From: Bacillales bacterium UBA7278
GTDB taxonomy: Bacteria > Bacillota_I > Bacilli_A > RFN20 > CAG-826
Reading direction: 5' to 3'
Assembly: GCA_002472275.1 (NCBI GenBank)
Contig: DKRQ01000019.1
Location: 140,279 to 204,278 of the forward strand
Length of the DNA: 64,000 nt
A program made the translations under genes and the position numbers. The notes under the pieces are model-generated. The model was not told where the DNA came from, made no database searches, and worked only from the letters and a program-made list of their open reading frames with translations. This document shows, in pieces, positions 32,265 to 41,735 of the stretch; the stretch's first letter is position 1, and every line of letters starts with the position of its first letter.

Positions 32265-34814
32265 ATGAAAAAGAACGTATCCATTAGGTTGGCCGCATTG
32301 TTGCTGGCCTTTGCTCTTCCTTCGTGTGGTGCCCCAAACTCATCGCAGAGCAGCTTTTCGATTTCCTCGGATCAACCCAGCGAATCCTCTTCCATTGATT
32401 CCTCTGCGCAGTCTGGGGAGAAAGACGAGATCCAGAAAGTTTATGACTTGTATGTAAAAAACGTTTCCGCAAGCGGGGAAGTTCCGCTTTCATACGAGGA
32501 GTGGCTCGCGACCATCAAAGGCGAAAAAGGGGATACTGGACCAAAAGGTGATTCGGGTGCTTCGGTTTTGACTGGCGAAGGCGCCCCTTTATCCACAAAA
32601 GGAAAGGACGGAGATTCTTATATCGATCTCCTTACTTGGGATTTCTATATCAAGGTCAACGGGGTCTGGGCAAAGACGGGCAATATTTCTGGCCAGTCTT
32701 CTTCCTCCCCCGATGAAAACCCACAAGGCTTGAAGTTTTACCCTCTTGATGATGGCACTTATGGGGTTAGTTTGGATGCCGCTTTATATTTAAGCGAAAT
32801 AACGGTGCCCGCCACCTATAGAGGTAAAGAGGTTACTCGGTTTTTGTGTGGAACCCCCGCAAGTCTACACGGCTTTTCAGCTATTGCAGTAAAAAAGGTA
32901 GTTCTCCCTGACACCATTACTTCAGTCGAGAAAGAAGCCTTTTATGATTGGGACTTGCTGGAATCTGTAACAATTCCTTCTGGCGAAATCGGCCCGAACG
33001 CGTTTTACGGGTGTAAAAAGTTAAGTAACGTTATTCTTGGTCACAAAGTCACCAGCATCGGATATTATGCTTTTTCAAATTGTGCTTCCCTGAAAGAGCT
33101 GGTTGTTCCCGAGGGCGTAGCATCAATCGGGGATGGGGCTTTCGCCGGCACCAGTTTGCTCTTTTTGAGCCTCCCAGATAGTTTGATTACGATTGACGGT
33201 ACCCTATTTTCGTCCATCGGCGGGCTAAGCTCTTTGCAAACATTGGTCCAAAAAGATGGGCTGTATTACATCGGTAATTCCGCAAATCCATATGTTTATT
33301 TGGCAGGGGTTGATAACAGGTCAATGGTGTCTGCTCAAATCGCTCCAGGTTGTCGGATTGTTGGAAAACGGGCTTTTGCTGGGTGCTATAACTTACGCAA
33401 CGTCGTTCTCCCATCTACGGTTGTTTCGATTGGCGAGGAGCCTTTTTCGGAATGTTCTTCGCTTTCATTTATTCAAATTCCATCCGGGGTTGTTTCTATT
33501 GCAAACGGCGCCATCGGCAATGGCGTGACCGTTTCCTTTGGCGGAACTATGAGCGAATGGGCGTTGCTTGCTGAGTTTGTTTCCGCAATCTGCTCGGACG
33601 GCTTTTACGAGGCCCCTACGCCGCCGCAGCCCGCACCGCCTGCATATCCTGACCTCAGCAACGGTGCCTCCATCACCTACTGGTGCCCGAACACCGACAC
33701 CGACCTCTTCGCCCAAAAGGTCGCGGCTTTCAAACTCCTCCACCCGGAGTACAAGGGCAGCATCACCCAGCTCGCTATCCTCGGCGAAGGCGACGTCAGA
33801 AGCGAATTGAGCAAGGACGCCGAAATCGCCGCCGACGTCTTCGAGATCGCCGACCACGACGTCGCCGATTGCGTCGATTGGCGCGCCATGACCTCCTTTG
33901 GCAAGGCCTCCGAAGTCCAGTGGATCAAGGACATCTATGGCGAAACCGCCGTCGCCGCCGTCACGATCAAAGGCCAGGTCTATGGCCTTCCCTATCGTAA
34001 CGATAACGGCTACGTCCTAACCTACGACAAGGCCATCGTCTCTGACGAGCAGGCCAAGACCGTCGAGGGCATCATCGCCGCTTGCAAAGCCAAGAACGCC
34101 GTCTTCGGATTCGACCTCGCCAACTCCTGGTACGCCTTTGCCCCCGTTTGGGGTGCCGGTGGCAAGACCTACACCGATGCCGAAGGCGTCTTCCACTCCG
34201 AAATCGCCACTGACGCGGTCGCCAAGGCCGTCGGCGGATTCGGCAAGATCGTCAAGGATGCCGGTTCCACCTGGGTCCACAGCGACGCCGATGACAAGAT
34301 GGGCGTCGAAGGCGCTGGCCGCGTTGGCGCCGTCGTCAAGTGGAACAACTACAACGCCGAGAAGAAAGCGCTTGGCGATAACCTCGGCGTCGCCCCGCTT
34401 CCTTCCTTCTCCGTCGACGGAACCTCCTACGCCCTCAAGGGCTTCCAGGGCTACAAGGCCCTCGGCATGAGGAGGGCCGCCGCCTTCACCGAAGAGAAGA
34501 GGATCGTCGCCGTCGAATTCGCGAAGTTCATGGGCTCCGACGAAGTCTCCGAAGCTCGTTTGACCCAGCTTGGCCAGGGTGTCTCCAACAAGGCCGTCAT
34601 CGCCAAGACCGAACTCTGGACCAGCCCCTGGATCGCCGCTCTCACCAAGATGAGTTCCGCCGGCAACACCGTTTCTCAGGCCAACGGCTCCTCTGGCACC
34701 TTCTGGGATCCCGCCAAGGCTCTCGGCAACGCCATCAAGGGTGGCACCATCATCAATCAGCAGTCTGCCAAAGAAGCGCTTCAGCTTTGCCAGCAGGCAC
34801 AGATGAGCCAGTAG
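32265..34814 (+). CDS. chimeric surface lipoprotein: collagen-like G-x-y stretch + BspA-type LRR domain + C-terminal family-1 solute-binding-protein-like domain
   Basis: Lipobox LPSCGA; KGEKGDTGPKGDSGAS; LRR units with C.SL..I.IP; C-terminal ITYWCPNTD...GLPYRNDNGYVLTYDKA...SWYAFAPVWGAGG resembling SBP_bac_1. Confidence 0.6.
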   Translation: MKKNVSIRLAALLLAFALPSCGAPNSSQSSFSISSDQPSESSSIDSSAQSGEKDEIQKVYDLYVKNVSASGEVPLSYEEWLATIKGEKGDTGPKGDSGASVLTGEGAPLSTKGKDGDSYIDLLTWDFYIKVNGVWAKTGNISGQSSSSPDENPQGLKFYPLDDGTYGVSLDAALYLSEITVPATYRGKEVTRFLCGTPASLHGFSAIAVKKVVLPDTITSVEKEAFYDWDLLESVTIPSGEIGPNAFYGCKKLSNVILGHKVTSIGYYAFSNCASLKELVVPEGVASIGDGAFAGTSLLFLSLPDSLITIDGTLFSSIGGLSSLQTLVQKDGLYYIGNSANPYVYLAGVDNRSMVSAQIAPGCRIVGKRAFAGCYNLRNVVLPSTVVSIGEEPFSECSSLSFIQIPSGVVSIANGAIGNGVTVSFGGTMSEWALLAEFVSAICSDGFYEAPTPPQPAPPAYPDLSNGASITYWCPNTDTDLFAQKVAAFKLLHPEYKGSITQLAILGEGDVRSELSKDAEIAADVFEIADHDVADCVDWRAMTSFGKASEVQWIKDIYGETAVAAVTIKGQVYGLPYRNDNGYVLTYDKAIVSDEQAKTVEGIIAACKAKNAVFGFDLANSWYAFAPVWGAGGKTYTDAEGVFHSEIATDAVAKAVGGFGKIVKDAGSTWVHSDADDKMGVEGAGRVGAVVKWNNYNAEKKALGDNLGVAPLPSFSVDGTSYALKGFQGYKALGMRRAAAFTEEKRIVAVEFAKFMGSDEVSEARLTQLGQGVSNKAVIAKTELWTSPWIAALTKMSSAGNTVSQANGSSGTFWDPAKALGNAIKGGTIINQQSAKEALQLCQQAQMSQ

Positions 34815-34898
34815 CCCAAATTCTTTCTCTATCGATGAGGCACAATCTGGAAAGCTATATCCATGTTTTTTGTTGTTCGGCCCCAGCAAAAAACTTTG

Positions 34899-34927
34899 TT
34901 GACACCGCTTTCCTATACGCGTATAGT
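34899..34927 (+). promoter_or_regulatory. sigma-A promoter of the rpsL-rpsG-fusA-tuf (str) operon
   Basis: TTGACA, 17 nt, TATAGT; 7-bp leader hairpin CCCGGTG...CACCGGG at 34972-34992. Confidence 0.6.
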
Positions 34928-35019
34928 CTCCCTCGGACATAAGTAAAGAGGCTTTCGCCCGCTTTATTTAACCCGGTGGTTGATACACCGGGGCATGTGT
35001 GAATTAAGGAGAACACAAA

Positions 35020-35439
35020 ATGCCAACCATTAACCAACTAGTTCGGCAGGGTCGCCAGTCCGCGGCCAAGAAGTCCAAAACCCCTGCTCTAGGCAAGAGG
35101 TGGAACTCGCTGAACAAACGCTCCTCGGATCAGCCCTCCGCTCAAAAGCGCGGCGTCTGCACCCGTGTGGGCACCATGACCCCGAAGAAACCGAACTCGG
35201 CTCTTCGCAAATACGCTCGTGTCCGTCTTAGCAACGGTTACGAAGTCACCGCCTACATCGGCGGCGAAGGACACAACCTACAGGAGCACTCGACCGTTAT
35301 GATCCGCGGCGGCCGTGTCAAAGACCTCCCTGGTGTCCGTTACCACATCATCCGCGGAACCCTCGACTGCGCCGGCATCGACGCCCGTCGTCAGGGACGC
35401 TCCCTCTACGGCACCAAGAAGCCGAAGGCGAGCAAATAA
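35020..35439 (+). CDS. rpsL: 30S ribosomal protein S12
   Basis: [29 protein letters not shown]; Firmicutes-type N-terminal insertion. Confidence 0.97.
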   Translation: MPTINQLVRQGRQSAAKKSKTPALGKRWNSLNKRSSDQPSAQKRGVCTRVGTMTPKKPNSALRKYARVRLSNGYEVTAYIGGEGHNLQEHSTVMIRGGRVKDLPGVRYHIIRGTLDCAGIDARRQGRSLYGTKKPKASK

Positions 35440-35457
35440 GGAAAGGAGAACTAGACC

Positions 35458-35928
35458 ATGCCAAGAAAAGGTGCTGTCGAGAAACGTGATGTTCTTCCCG
35501 ACCCAGTATATAACTCCAAACTCGTCACCCGCTTGATCAACCGCGTCATGTACGACGGCAAGAGGGGCACTGCGCAGACCATCATCTACAAGGCCTTCAA
35601 GCAGATCGAGGACAAGACCGGCAAACCCGCCATCGACGTGTTCGCCACCGCCATCAACAACATCATGCCCGAAGTCGAACTCAAGGTTCGCCGCATCGGC
35701 GCCGCCAACTACCAGGTCCCCGTCGAGGTCTCTCCCGCCAGGAAGCAGACCCTTGGCCTCCGCTGGCTCGTCACCTATTCCCGCCTCCGTGGCGAGAAGA
35801 CGATGGAAGACAAGCTCGCCAACGAGATCATCGATGCCGCCAACGGCGTCGGCGCTTCCGTCAAGAAGAAACAAGACGTCCACAAAATGGCCGAAGCCAA
35901 CAAGGCTTACGCCCACTATCGCTGGTAA
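35458..35928 (+). CDS. rpsG: 30S ribosomal protein S7
   Basis: S7 family, 156 aa. Confidence 0.97.
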   Translation: MPRKGAVEKRDVLPDPVYNSKLVTRLINRVMYDGKRGTAQTIIYKAFKQIEDKTGKPAIDVFATAINNIMPEVELKVRRIGAANYQVPVEVSPARKQTLGLRWLVTYSRLRGEKTMEDKLANEIIDAANGVGASVKKKQDVHKMAEANKAYAHYRW

Positions 35929-35943
35929 TAAGGAGAAAAGACC

Positions 35944-38046
35944 ATGGCTGAAAACGAAATCAACATCAAAGAAGCTGAGTCTTACGACCTCCCTCATACC
36001 CGCAACATCGGCATCATGGCCCACATCGACGCGGGCAAGACCACCACGACCGAGCGTATCCTCTATTACACCGGCCGTTCGCACAAAATCGGCGAAGTCC
36101 ACGAAGGCACCGCCACCATGGACTGGATGGCCCAAGAGCAGGAGAGGGGTATCACCATCACCTCTTCCGCGACCACTTGCTTCTGGAAGGGCAACCGCTT
36201 CAACATCATCGACACTCCGGGGCACGTCGACTTCACCGTCGAAGTCGAGCGTTCCCTCCGCGTCCTTGACGGCGCGGTGACCGTCCTCGACTCCAAAAAC
36301 GGCGTCGAGCCCCAGACCGAAACCGTCTGGCGCCAGGGCACCAAGTACAATGTCCCCCGTATCGTCTTCTGCAACAAGATGGACGCTACCGGCGCTGACT
36401 TCGACATGTGCGTCGCCTCCCTCCATGAGAGGCTCGCCGCCAACGCCGCCGCCATCCAATACCCGATCGGCAAGGAATCCTATCTCAAGGGTTGCTGCGA
36501 CATCATCGAGCGCAAAGCCTACATCTATGGCGACGATAAGGCCGATGCCCCGACGATCACCGACATCCCGGCCGAGTACAAAGACAAGTGCGAAGAGCTC
36601 CGTGGCATCCTCCTCGAGAAGCTCGCCGCCTTCGACGATGACCTCATGATGATGGTCCTCGAAGGGGAAGAACCCTCCGTCGAACTCATCAAGGCCACCA
36701 TCCGCAAAGCCGTTTTGACCGGCACGTTCTTCCCGGTCCTCTGCGGTTCCGCTTACAAGAACAAATGCATCCAGCCGCTCCTCGACGCGGTCGTCGACTA
36801 CCTCCCCTCTCCGCTAGACATCGCGGGTGAGAAGGGAACCTTGGATGGCGAACCCTACGTCTGCGAGGCGGATGACAAGAAGCCGTTCGTCGGTCTTGCC
36901 TTCAAGATCGCGACCGACCCCTTCATCGGACGTCTTGCTTACGTCCGTGTCTACCAGGGCGTCCTCCGCTCTGGCTCCTACGTCCTCAACTCCTCCAAAG
37001 GAGGCAAGGAACGTATCGCCCGTTTGGTTCTTATGCACGCCAACCACCGTCAGGAGGTCGAATCCCTCCACGCCGGTGAGATCGGCGCTGTCGTCGGCCT
37101 CAAGAACACGACCACCGGTGACTCTCTAACCGATGAGAATTGCCCGGTCATCCTCGAGTCCCTCTCCTTCCCCGAACCCGTTTTGGAGGAAGCGGTGGAA
37201 CCCAAGACCAAAGCCGACCAAGAAAAGATGACGGCTGCGCTTCTAAAGCTAGCCGAAGAAGACCCGACCTTCCGCGTCCACACCGATCCCGACTCCGGCC
37301 AGACCATCATCGCCGGCGTTGGCGAGCTCCAGCTCGACATCCTCGTCGATCGTATGCGCCGCGAATTCAAGGTCGACGTCAACGTGGGCGCCCCGCAGGT
37401 CAACTACCGCGAGACGATCCGCAAGACCGGCGAGGCCCAGGGCCGCTATGTCAAGCAGTCTGGTGGCCATGGTCAGTACGGTGACGTCTGGGTTCGTTTC
37501 GAACCCAACCCCGGCAAGGGCTTCGAGTTCGTCGATGCCATCGTCGGCGGCGCCGTTCCGAAGGAGTTCATCAAGCCGACCCAACAGGGTCTAGAGGACT
37601 CCATGAACCGCGGTCTCATCGCCGGTTACCCCGCGATCGACATCAAGTGCACCCTCTTCGACGGGTCCTACCACGATGTTGACTCCTCGGAAGCCGCTTA
37701 TAAGATCGCCGCGTCCTTGGCCCTCAAAGAGGCCGCCAAGAAATGCGACCCCGTCATCCTCGAACCGATCATGAAGGTCGAGATCACCGTTCCCGAACAG
37801 TACTACGGTGACGTCATCGGCGACGTGGCCCGTCGTCGTGGCATCATGACCGGCGAAACCCAACGCGGCAACGCCAAGCAAGTCGACTGCGAAATCCCCC
37901 TCTCTGAGATGTTCGGCTACGTCACCGACCTCCGTTCTCTCACCCAGGGTCGTGGAAACTTCACGATGCAGTTCGACCACTATGGCGAATGCCCGCGCTT
38001 CATCCAGGACGAGATCATCAAGAAGTCGTCCATGAGCAATCGGTAA
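35944..38046 (+). CDS. fusA: elongation factor G
   Basis: [24 protein letters not shown]-domain motifs, 700 aa. Confidence 0.98.
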   Translation: MAENEINIKEAESYDLPHTRNIGIMAHIDAGKTTTTERILYYTGRSHKIGEVHEGTATMDWMAQEQERGITITSSATTCFWKGNRFNIIDTPGHVDFTVEVERSLRVLDGAVTVLDSKNGVEPQTETVWRQGTKYNVPRIVFCNKMDATGADFDMCVASLHERLAANAAAIQYPIGKESYLKGCCDIIERKAYIYGDDKADAPTITDIPAEYKDKCEELRGILLEKLAAFDDDLMMMVLEGEEPSVELIKATIRKAVLTGTFFPVLCGSAYKNKCIQPLLDAVVDYLPSPLDIAGEKGTLDGEPYVCEADDKKPFVGLAFKIATDPFIGRLAYVRVYQGVLRSGSYVLNSSKGGKERIARLVLMHANHRQEVESLHAGEIGAVVGLKNTTTGDSLTDENCPVILESLSFPEPVLEEAVEPKTKADQEKMTAALLKLAEEDPTFRVHTDPDSGQTIIAGVGELQLDILVDRMRREFKVDVNVGAPQVNYRETIRKTGEAQGRYVKQSGGHGQYGDVWVRFEPNPGKGFEFVDAIVGGAVPKEFIKPTQQGLEDSMNRGLIAGYPAIDIKCTLFDGSYHDVDSSEAAYKIAASLALKEAAKKCDPVILEPIMKVEITVPEQYYGDVIGDVARRRGIMTGETQRGNAKQVDCEIPLSEMFGYVTDLRSLTQGRGNFTMQFDHYGECPRFIQDEIIKKSSMSNR

Positions 38047-38133
38047 TACCTACTTAAAGTAGGATTGCCAAACCAAAGCGATTGCCCTATCATAACTACG
38101 CCAATCTAGAAACCAATTGGAGGAAAACTACTC

Positions 38134-39327
38134 ATGGCAAAAGAAAAATTCAACCGTGACCGCGTCCACATTAACGTTGGTACCATCGGCCACGTTGACC
38201 ACGGCAAGACCACCCTTACCGCGGCCATCACCCACGTCCTCTCCCTCAAGGGCCTAGCCAAGGATATGGCTTACGGCGCCATCGACGCCACCCCTGAAGA
38301 AAGGGCTCGTGGTATCACGATCAACTCGGCCCACGTCGAGTACGCGACCGAAAAGCGTCACTACGCTCACGTCGACTGCCCGGGGCACGCCGACTACATC
38401 AAGAACATGATCACCGGCGCCGCCCAGATGGACGCTGCCATCCTCGTCGTCGCCGCTACCGACGGCGTCATGCCGCAGACCAAAGAGCACGTCTTGCTCG
38501 CCCGTCAGGTCGGTGTTCCTCAGATCATCGTCTTCCTCAACAAGTGCGATATGGTCGATGACCCCGAACTCATTGACCTCGTCGAAATGGACGTCCGCGA
38601 ACTCCTCAACTCCTATGACTTCCCTGGTGATGAAATCCCCGTCATCCGCGGTTCCGCCCTCAAGGCCGGCCAGGCCACTTCCGCCGATGCTCCTGAAGCC
38701 AAGTGCATCATCGAGCTCATGGAAGCCCTCGACACCTATGTCAAGGAACCCGTCCGCGACGATGCGAAGCCCTTCCTTCTCCCGATCGAAGACGTCATGA
38801 CCATCTCCGGCCGTGGCACCGTCGTCACCGGCCGTGTCGAGCGTGGTGTCATCAAGCTCAACGACGAAGCCGAAATCGTCGGTATCCGTCCGACCCAGAA
38901 GACCGTCGTCACCGGCCTCGAAATGTTCCGCAAGACCCTCGACTTCGCTCAGGGCGGCGACAACATCGGTGCCCTTCTCCGTGGTATCACCCATGACCAG
39001 GTCGAGCGTGGCCAAGTCCTCGCCAAGCCGGGCTCCATCGTCCCCCACGACAAGTTCACCGCTACCACCTACATCCTCAAGAAGGAAGAAGGTGGCCGTC
39101 ACACTCACTTCCTCAACGGTTATCGTCCTCAGTTCTTCTTCAGGACCACTGACATCACTGGCACCATCACCCTCCCCGCTGGGACCGACATGGTCATGCC
39201 TGGTGACAACGTCACCTTCACCGTCGAACTCATCCACCCCATCGCCATGGAAAAGGGAACCAAGTTCTCCATCCGTGAAGGTGGTAGGACCGTCGGCGCC
39301 GGCACCGTTGCCGAAATTCTCCACTGA
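38134..39327 (+). CDS. tuf: elongation factor Tu
   Basis: [25 protein letters not shown] motifs, 397 aa. Confidence 0.98.
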   Translation: MAKEKFNRDRVHINVGTIGHVDHGKTTLTAAITHVLSLKGLAKDMAYGAIDATPEERARGITINSAHVEYATEKRHYAHVDCPGHADYIKNMITGAAQMDAAILVVAATDGVMPQTKEHVLLARQVGVPQIIVFLNKCDMVDDPELIDLVEMDVRELLNSYDFPGDEIPVIRGSALKAGQATSADAPEAKCIIELMEALDTYVKEPVRDDAKPFLLPIEDVMTISGRGTVVTGRVERGVIKLNDEAEIVGIRPTQKTVVTGLEMFRKTLDFAQGGDNIGALLRGITHDQVERGQVLAKPGSIVPHDKFTATTYILKKEEGGRHTHFLNGYRPQFFFRTTDITGTITLPAGTDMVMPGDNVTFTVELIHPIAMEKGTKFSIREGGRTVGAGTVAEILH

Positions 39328-39347
39328 TCATCCTAATCATTGGATAC

Positions 39348-39377
39348 AGCCTCATTCCTTCGGGAGTGGGGCTTTTT
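39348..39377 (+). terminator. Rho-independent terminator of tuf
   Basis: 11-bp stem (with G-U pairs) AGCCTCATTCC-TTCG-GGAGTGGGGCT plus TTTTT. Confidence 0.75.
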
Positions 39378-39523
39378 CTATCGATTCTCCAAACTCTATG
39401 GTGGCTAAAAGCGGTCAAAAAGAAAGCATTGTCCTTTTTTCGATATTGAACTGCTTTCCTCCGTTTTACCCATATAATAAAAACGCCTCCTTTGGGTATG
39501 GATATTTAGTTCTGGGGAGAACC

Positions 39524-39622
39524 ATGAATACCATACTTCGAAAGAGGCTTTTCCAACTAAAAGCAGTTTTCGACTACAAAGTTGCATTTAGTTTGTCAGT
39601 TGGCGGGTTTTTTCTTGCTTGA
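39524..39622 (+). CDS. possible small hydrophobic ORF (32 aa)
   Basis: MNTILRKRLFQLKAVFDYKVAFSLSVGGFFLA preceded by GGGGAGA RBS; no homology recognisable; weak. Confidence 0.15.
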   Translation: MNTILRKRLFQLKAVFDYKVAFSLSVGGFFLA

Positions 39623-39860
39623 TCATATGAGGAAGAACTCATCCTTTTTTCTCACCAATGAATGAAATGAGGCCTATAATATTCCGCAGGAGAATGATCC
39701 GTATCATTGTCCACCAAATCAAATCGATTCTTGCGGGTTCCCAATGCTTAACGGCATTCCCGGAGATAGCAAGCCCTTGATTAAAGCCGATGGCTTTACT
39801 GGTTGGGATCAGTTAGGGCTTGCGATAAGACTCCTTCGCGGAGTTTTTTGATGAAAGGCT

Positions 39861-39926
39861 CTCTAAACTCTAAGGTGGTTAGCCAGAAAAGCCAACCACC
39901 TTAGAGTTTAGAGAACCGCTTTTTTC
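39861..39926 (+). terminator. 20-bp perfect-stem hairpin plus T-run (terminator-like)
   Basis: CTCTAAACTCTAAGGTGGTT-(13 nt)-AACCACCTTAGAGTTTAGAG followed by AACCGCTTTTTTC; partial copy of left arm at 39389-39414. Confidence 0.5.
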
Positions 39927-40046
39927 TACGGGGCGACGAGAAAAACGCCTTTTTCGTAGGAATTTACCGGATATTTCGGTCAATTTCCGCCAAGAAATGC
40001 GCCTCAAATTCGAAGAGGCGATTATGAAAGATAACCGCGCACAGGC

Positions 40047-41735
40047 TTAAAAGGTCCGTAAGTTGGAAGTGTTCGTGGCGAAGATGGAGAGTTGGGCAAG
40101 CGGGTCGTCGAAGAAAGGCTGTTGTTCGTCGATTCGATAGATGACCCCGTTCTTTTCGGGGTATTGGCTATAAAAGTCGCCATAGTATTGGGATGGAATT
40201 TTGGCCGGGACAAAGAACTCCTCGTAGCCTTTCCTGGCCTCGTTCAACGCTGAAAAGAAGGCTTCCGACCTCGGGTCGGGATAATCCTTGGAAAGGTAGA
40301 CGAAGGGGAAGGGGACGTTGACGGGTTCGGAGAAGAACGACGCGCCTAGCGCCTCCTTTGCCTTCTCGAAGTGGGCTTTCGCGGCGCCTTCCTTCCAGAT
40401 GTCGGTGGTCCGCATCGCCCTCACGAGGTCGGCGTAAGGGGTGCCTTCCTTAAACGAATGGCCATCCCATTCACGTTTTTCGGAGAGAGAAGCCCCGCCT
40501 TGGTAGACGCAGTCGAAACCCTTGTCGAACTTCGGCGTCAGCGACCCGCCATAGAAGGTCCTTGTTTGTTCTAGCAGCGCGAGAAGGCCGAGTCGGAAGT
40601 TCCTGTTGTTGAGGGCCTCACAGGAACGTCTGTCGCCCTTGCCGTTTTGCAGAGCCCTCAGAAAGCCGGGCGCGGGCAAGGCGGGGATCAGGTACTCGTC
40701 ATATTCTACGGGGCTTTCCCTTCCTGAGAACTTGAAGAAGCGATCCACCTTGCCATCGAGGAAATCGCTGAACTCGCCCCCTCCCTCCTGGAGTTCCTTG
40801 ATTTCGTGGATGACGTCCTCGCCCTTGGCGTCCTCGCGGGCCGTGCGGGTCCAGTGTGTGGCGTCGGTTTTCTCTTGATAGAAGCCGGTGCAGATCCCGG
40901 GCTCATAAGCGTAGTTGAGCCCCGTGTTGAAGATATCGCCCTTAAGCGGGGAGTCGAAGAGGGCGCTGTATCGGAACAATTTGTCGTCGGCGACGTCGAT
41001 TTGCCCCGCGTAATCGATCCCTCCTATCGGCAGCCGGTCCTTGCAAAGGATCTTGCAATAGCTGGAATTGTTGAAGGAGCCGACGAAGTCCTTCGCGGTG
41101 ATCTTCTGGTAGGGCTCGCCGGTTTCAGAATGGTAAATCCAGCAGTCCTTGATCCGCACGATATAATCCATGTTCTTTTCGTCGTATTCGACGGATTCTG
41201 CCAAGTCGAGGATCGGCTCATCCCCATCCCACCCTTTGAAAAGGCCGCGGGAATTGGAAAAGGTGGTGCAAACGGCCCCGTTCACGGTGACCGTGTCCTT
41301 GATGGTGTAGCCAAAGCCTTGCAATGCGTCCACGACTTCCTGCCTTCGCTTTGGTTTTTGCTTTCTGATTGCGAGGTAGTGGTCCCGTTTGATAGGTTCG
41401 GTCACACAGACTGCGTCGGAAAGGTTGTCCCATACGAACTCTCCCGCGTATTCTTTTTCACGGTTGATGGAGTAGAAGCGGGTCATGAACGGACTTCCGG
41501 AAAGCCGGTCGGTCAGGGAGAAATAGCCCTCGTCCTGGAGCCAAGCCTCGAGCTTTGCGGTTTCCAAAAGCCTTTCGTCGCCGCTGAGTCTCATCACCTT
41601 TTGGAAAGAGTCGCAGAAATCGAGGTAGGCCTTCCGAGTGGGGACGTATGGCTCCTCCGATGCTGCCGGGGTTTGCCCACAGGAAAAGCAAAGGAGGAAG
41701 GCGAACGCGAAAATAGGGGCCTTGGCTTCGTTCAT
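40047..41735 (-). CDS. hypothetical lipoprotein (large extracellular protein)
   Basis: Signal peptide with lipobox LCFSCG; 4-nt overlap with upstream protease gene. Confidence 0.55.
   Translation of the reverse strand: MNEAKAPIFAFAFLLCFSCGQTPAASEEPYVPTRKAYLDFCDSFQKVMRLSGDERLLETAKLEAWLQDEGYFSLTDRLSGSPFMTRFYSINREKEYAGEFVWDNLSDAVCVTEPIKRDHYLAIRKQKPKRRQEVVDALQGFGYTIKDTVTVNGAVCTTFSNSRGLFKGWDGDEPILDLAESVEYDEKNMDYIVRIKDCWIYHSETGEPYQKITAKDFVGSFNNSSYCKILCKDRLPIGGIDYAGQIDVADDKLFRYSALFDSPLKGDIFNTGLNYAYEPGICTGFYQEKTDATHWTRTAREDAKGEDVIHEIKELQEGGGEFSDFLDGKVDRFFKFSGRESPVEYDEYLIPALPAPGFLRALQNGKGDRRSCEALNNRNFRLGLLALLEQTRTFYGGSLTPKFDKGFDCVYQGGASLSEKREWDGHSFKEGTPYADLVRAMRTTDIWKEGAAKAHFEKAKEALGASFFSEPVNVPFPFVYLSKDYPDPRSEAFFSALNEARKGYEEFFVPAKIPSQYYGDFYSQYPEKNGVIYRIDEQQPFFDDPLAQLSIFATNTSNLRTF

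Noticed and set aside
35278-36459. 393-aa minus-strand ORF across rpsL-rpsG-fusA, plus 38254-39324 antisense to tuf and 1333-2511 antisense to hydA
   Set aside because: Overlap essential conserved genes on the opposite strand; low-complexity composition; no RBS or start context
39441-39478. Sigma-70 promoter TTGAAC ... TATAAT in the post-tuf intergenic region
   Set aside because: Spacer between hexamers is 21 nt, outside the functional 16-19 range
39380-40046. tRNA or other structured RNA genes in the long intergenic region (and elsewhere in the window)
   Set aside because: No T-loop (GTTCRANYC) or acceptor/anticodon arm arrangement found by eye; only simple hairpins
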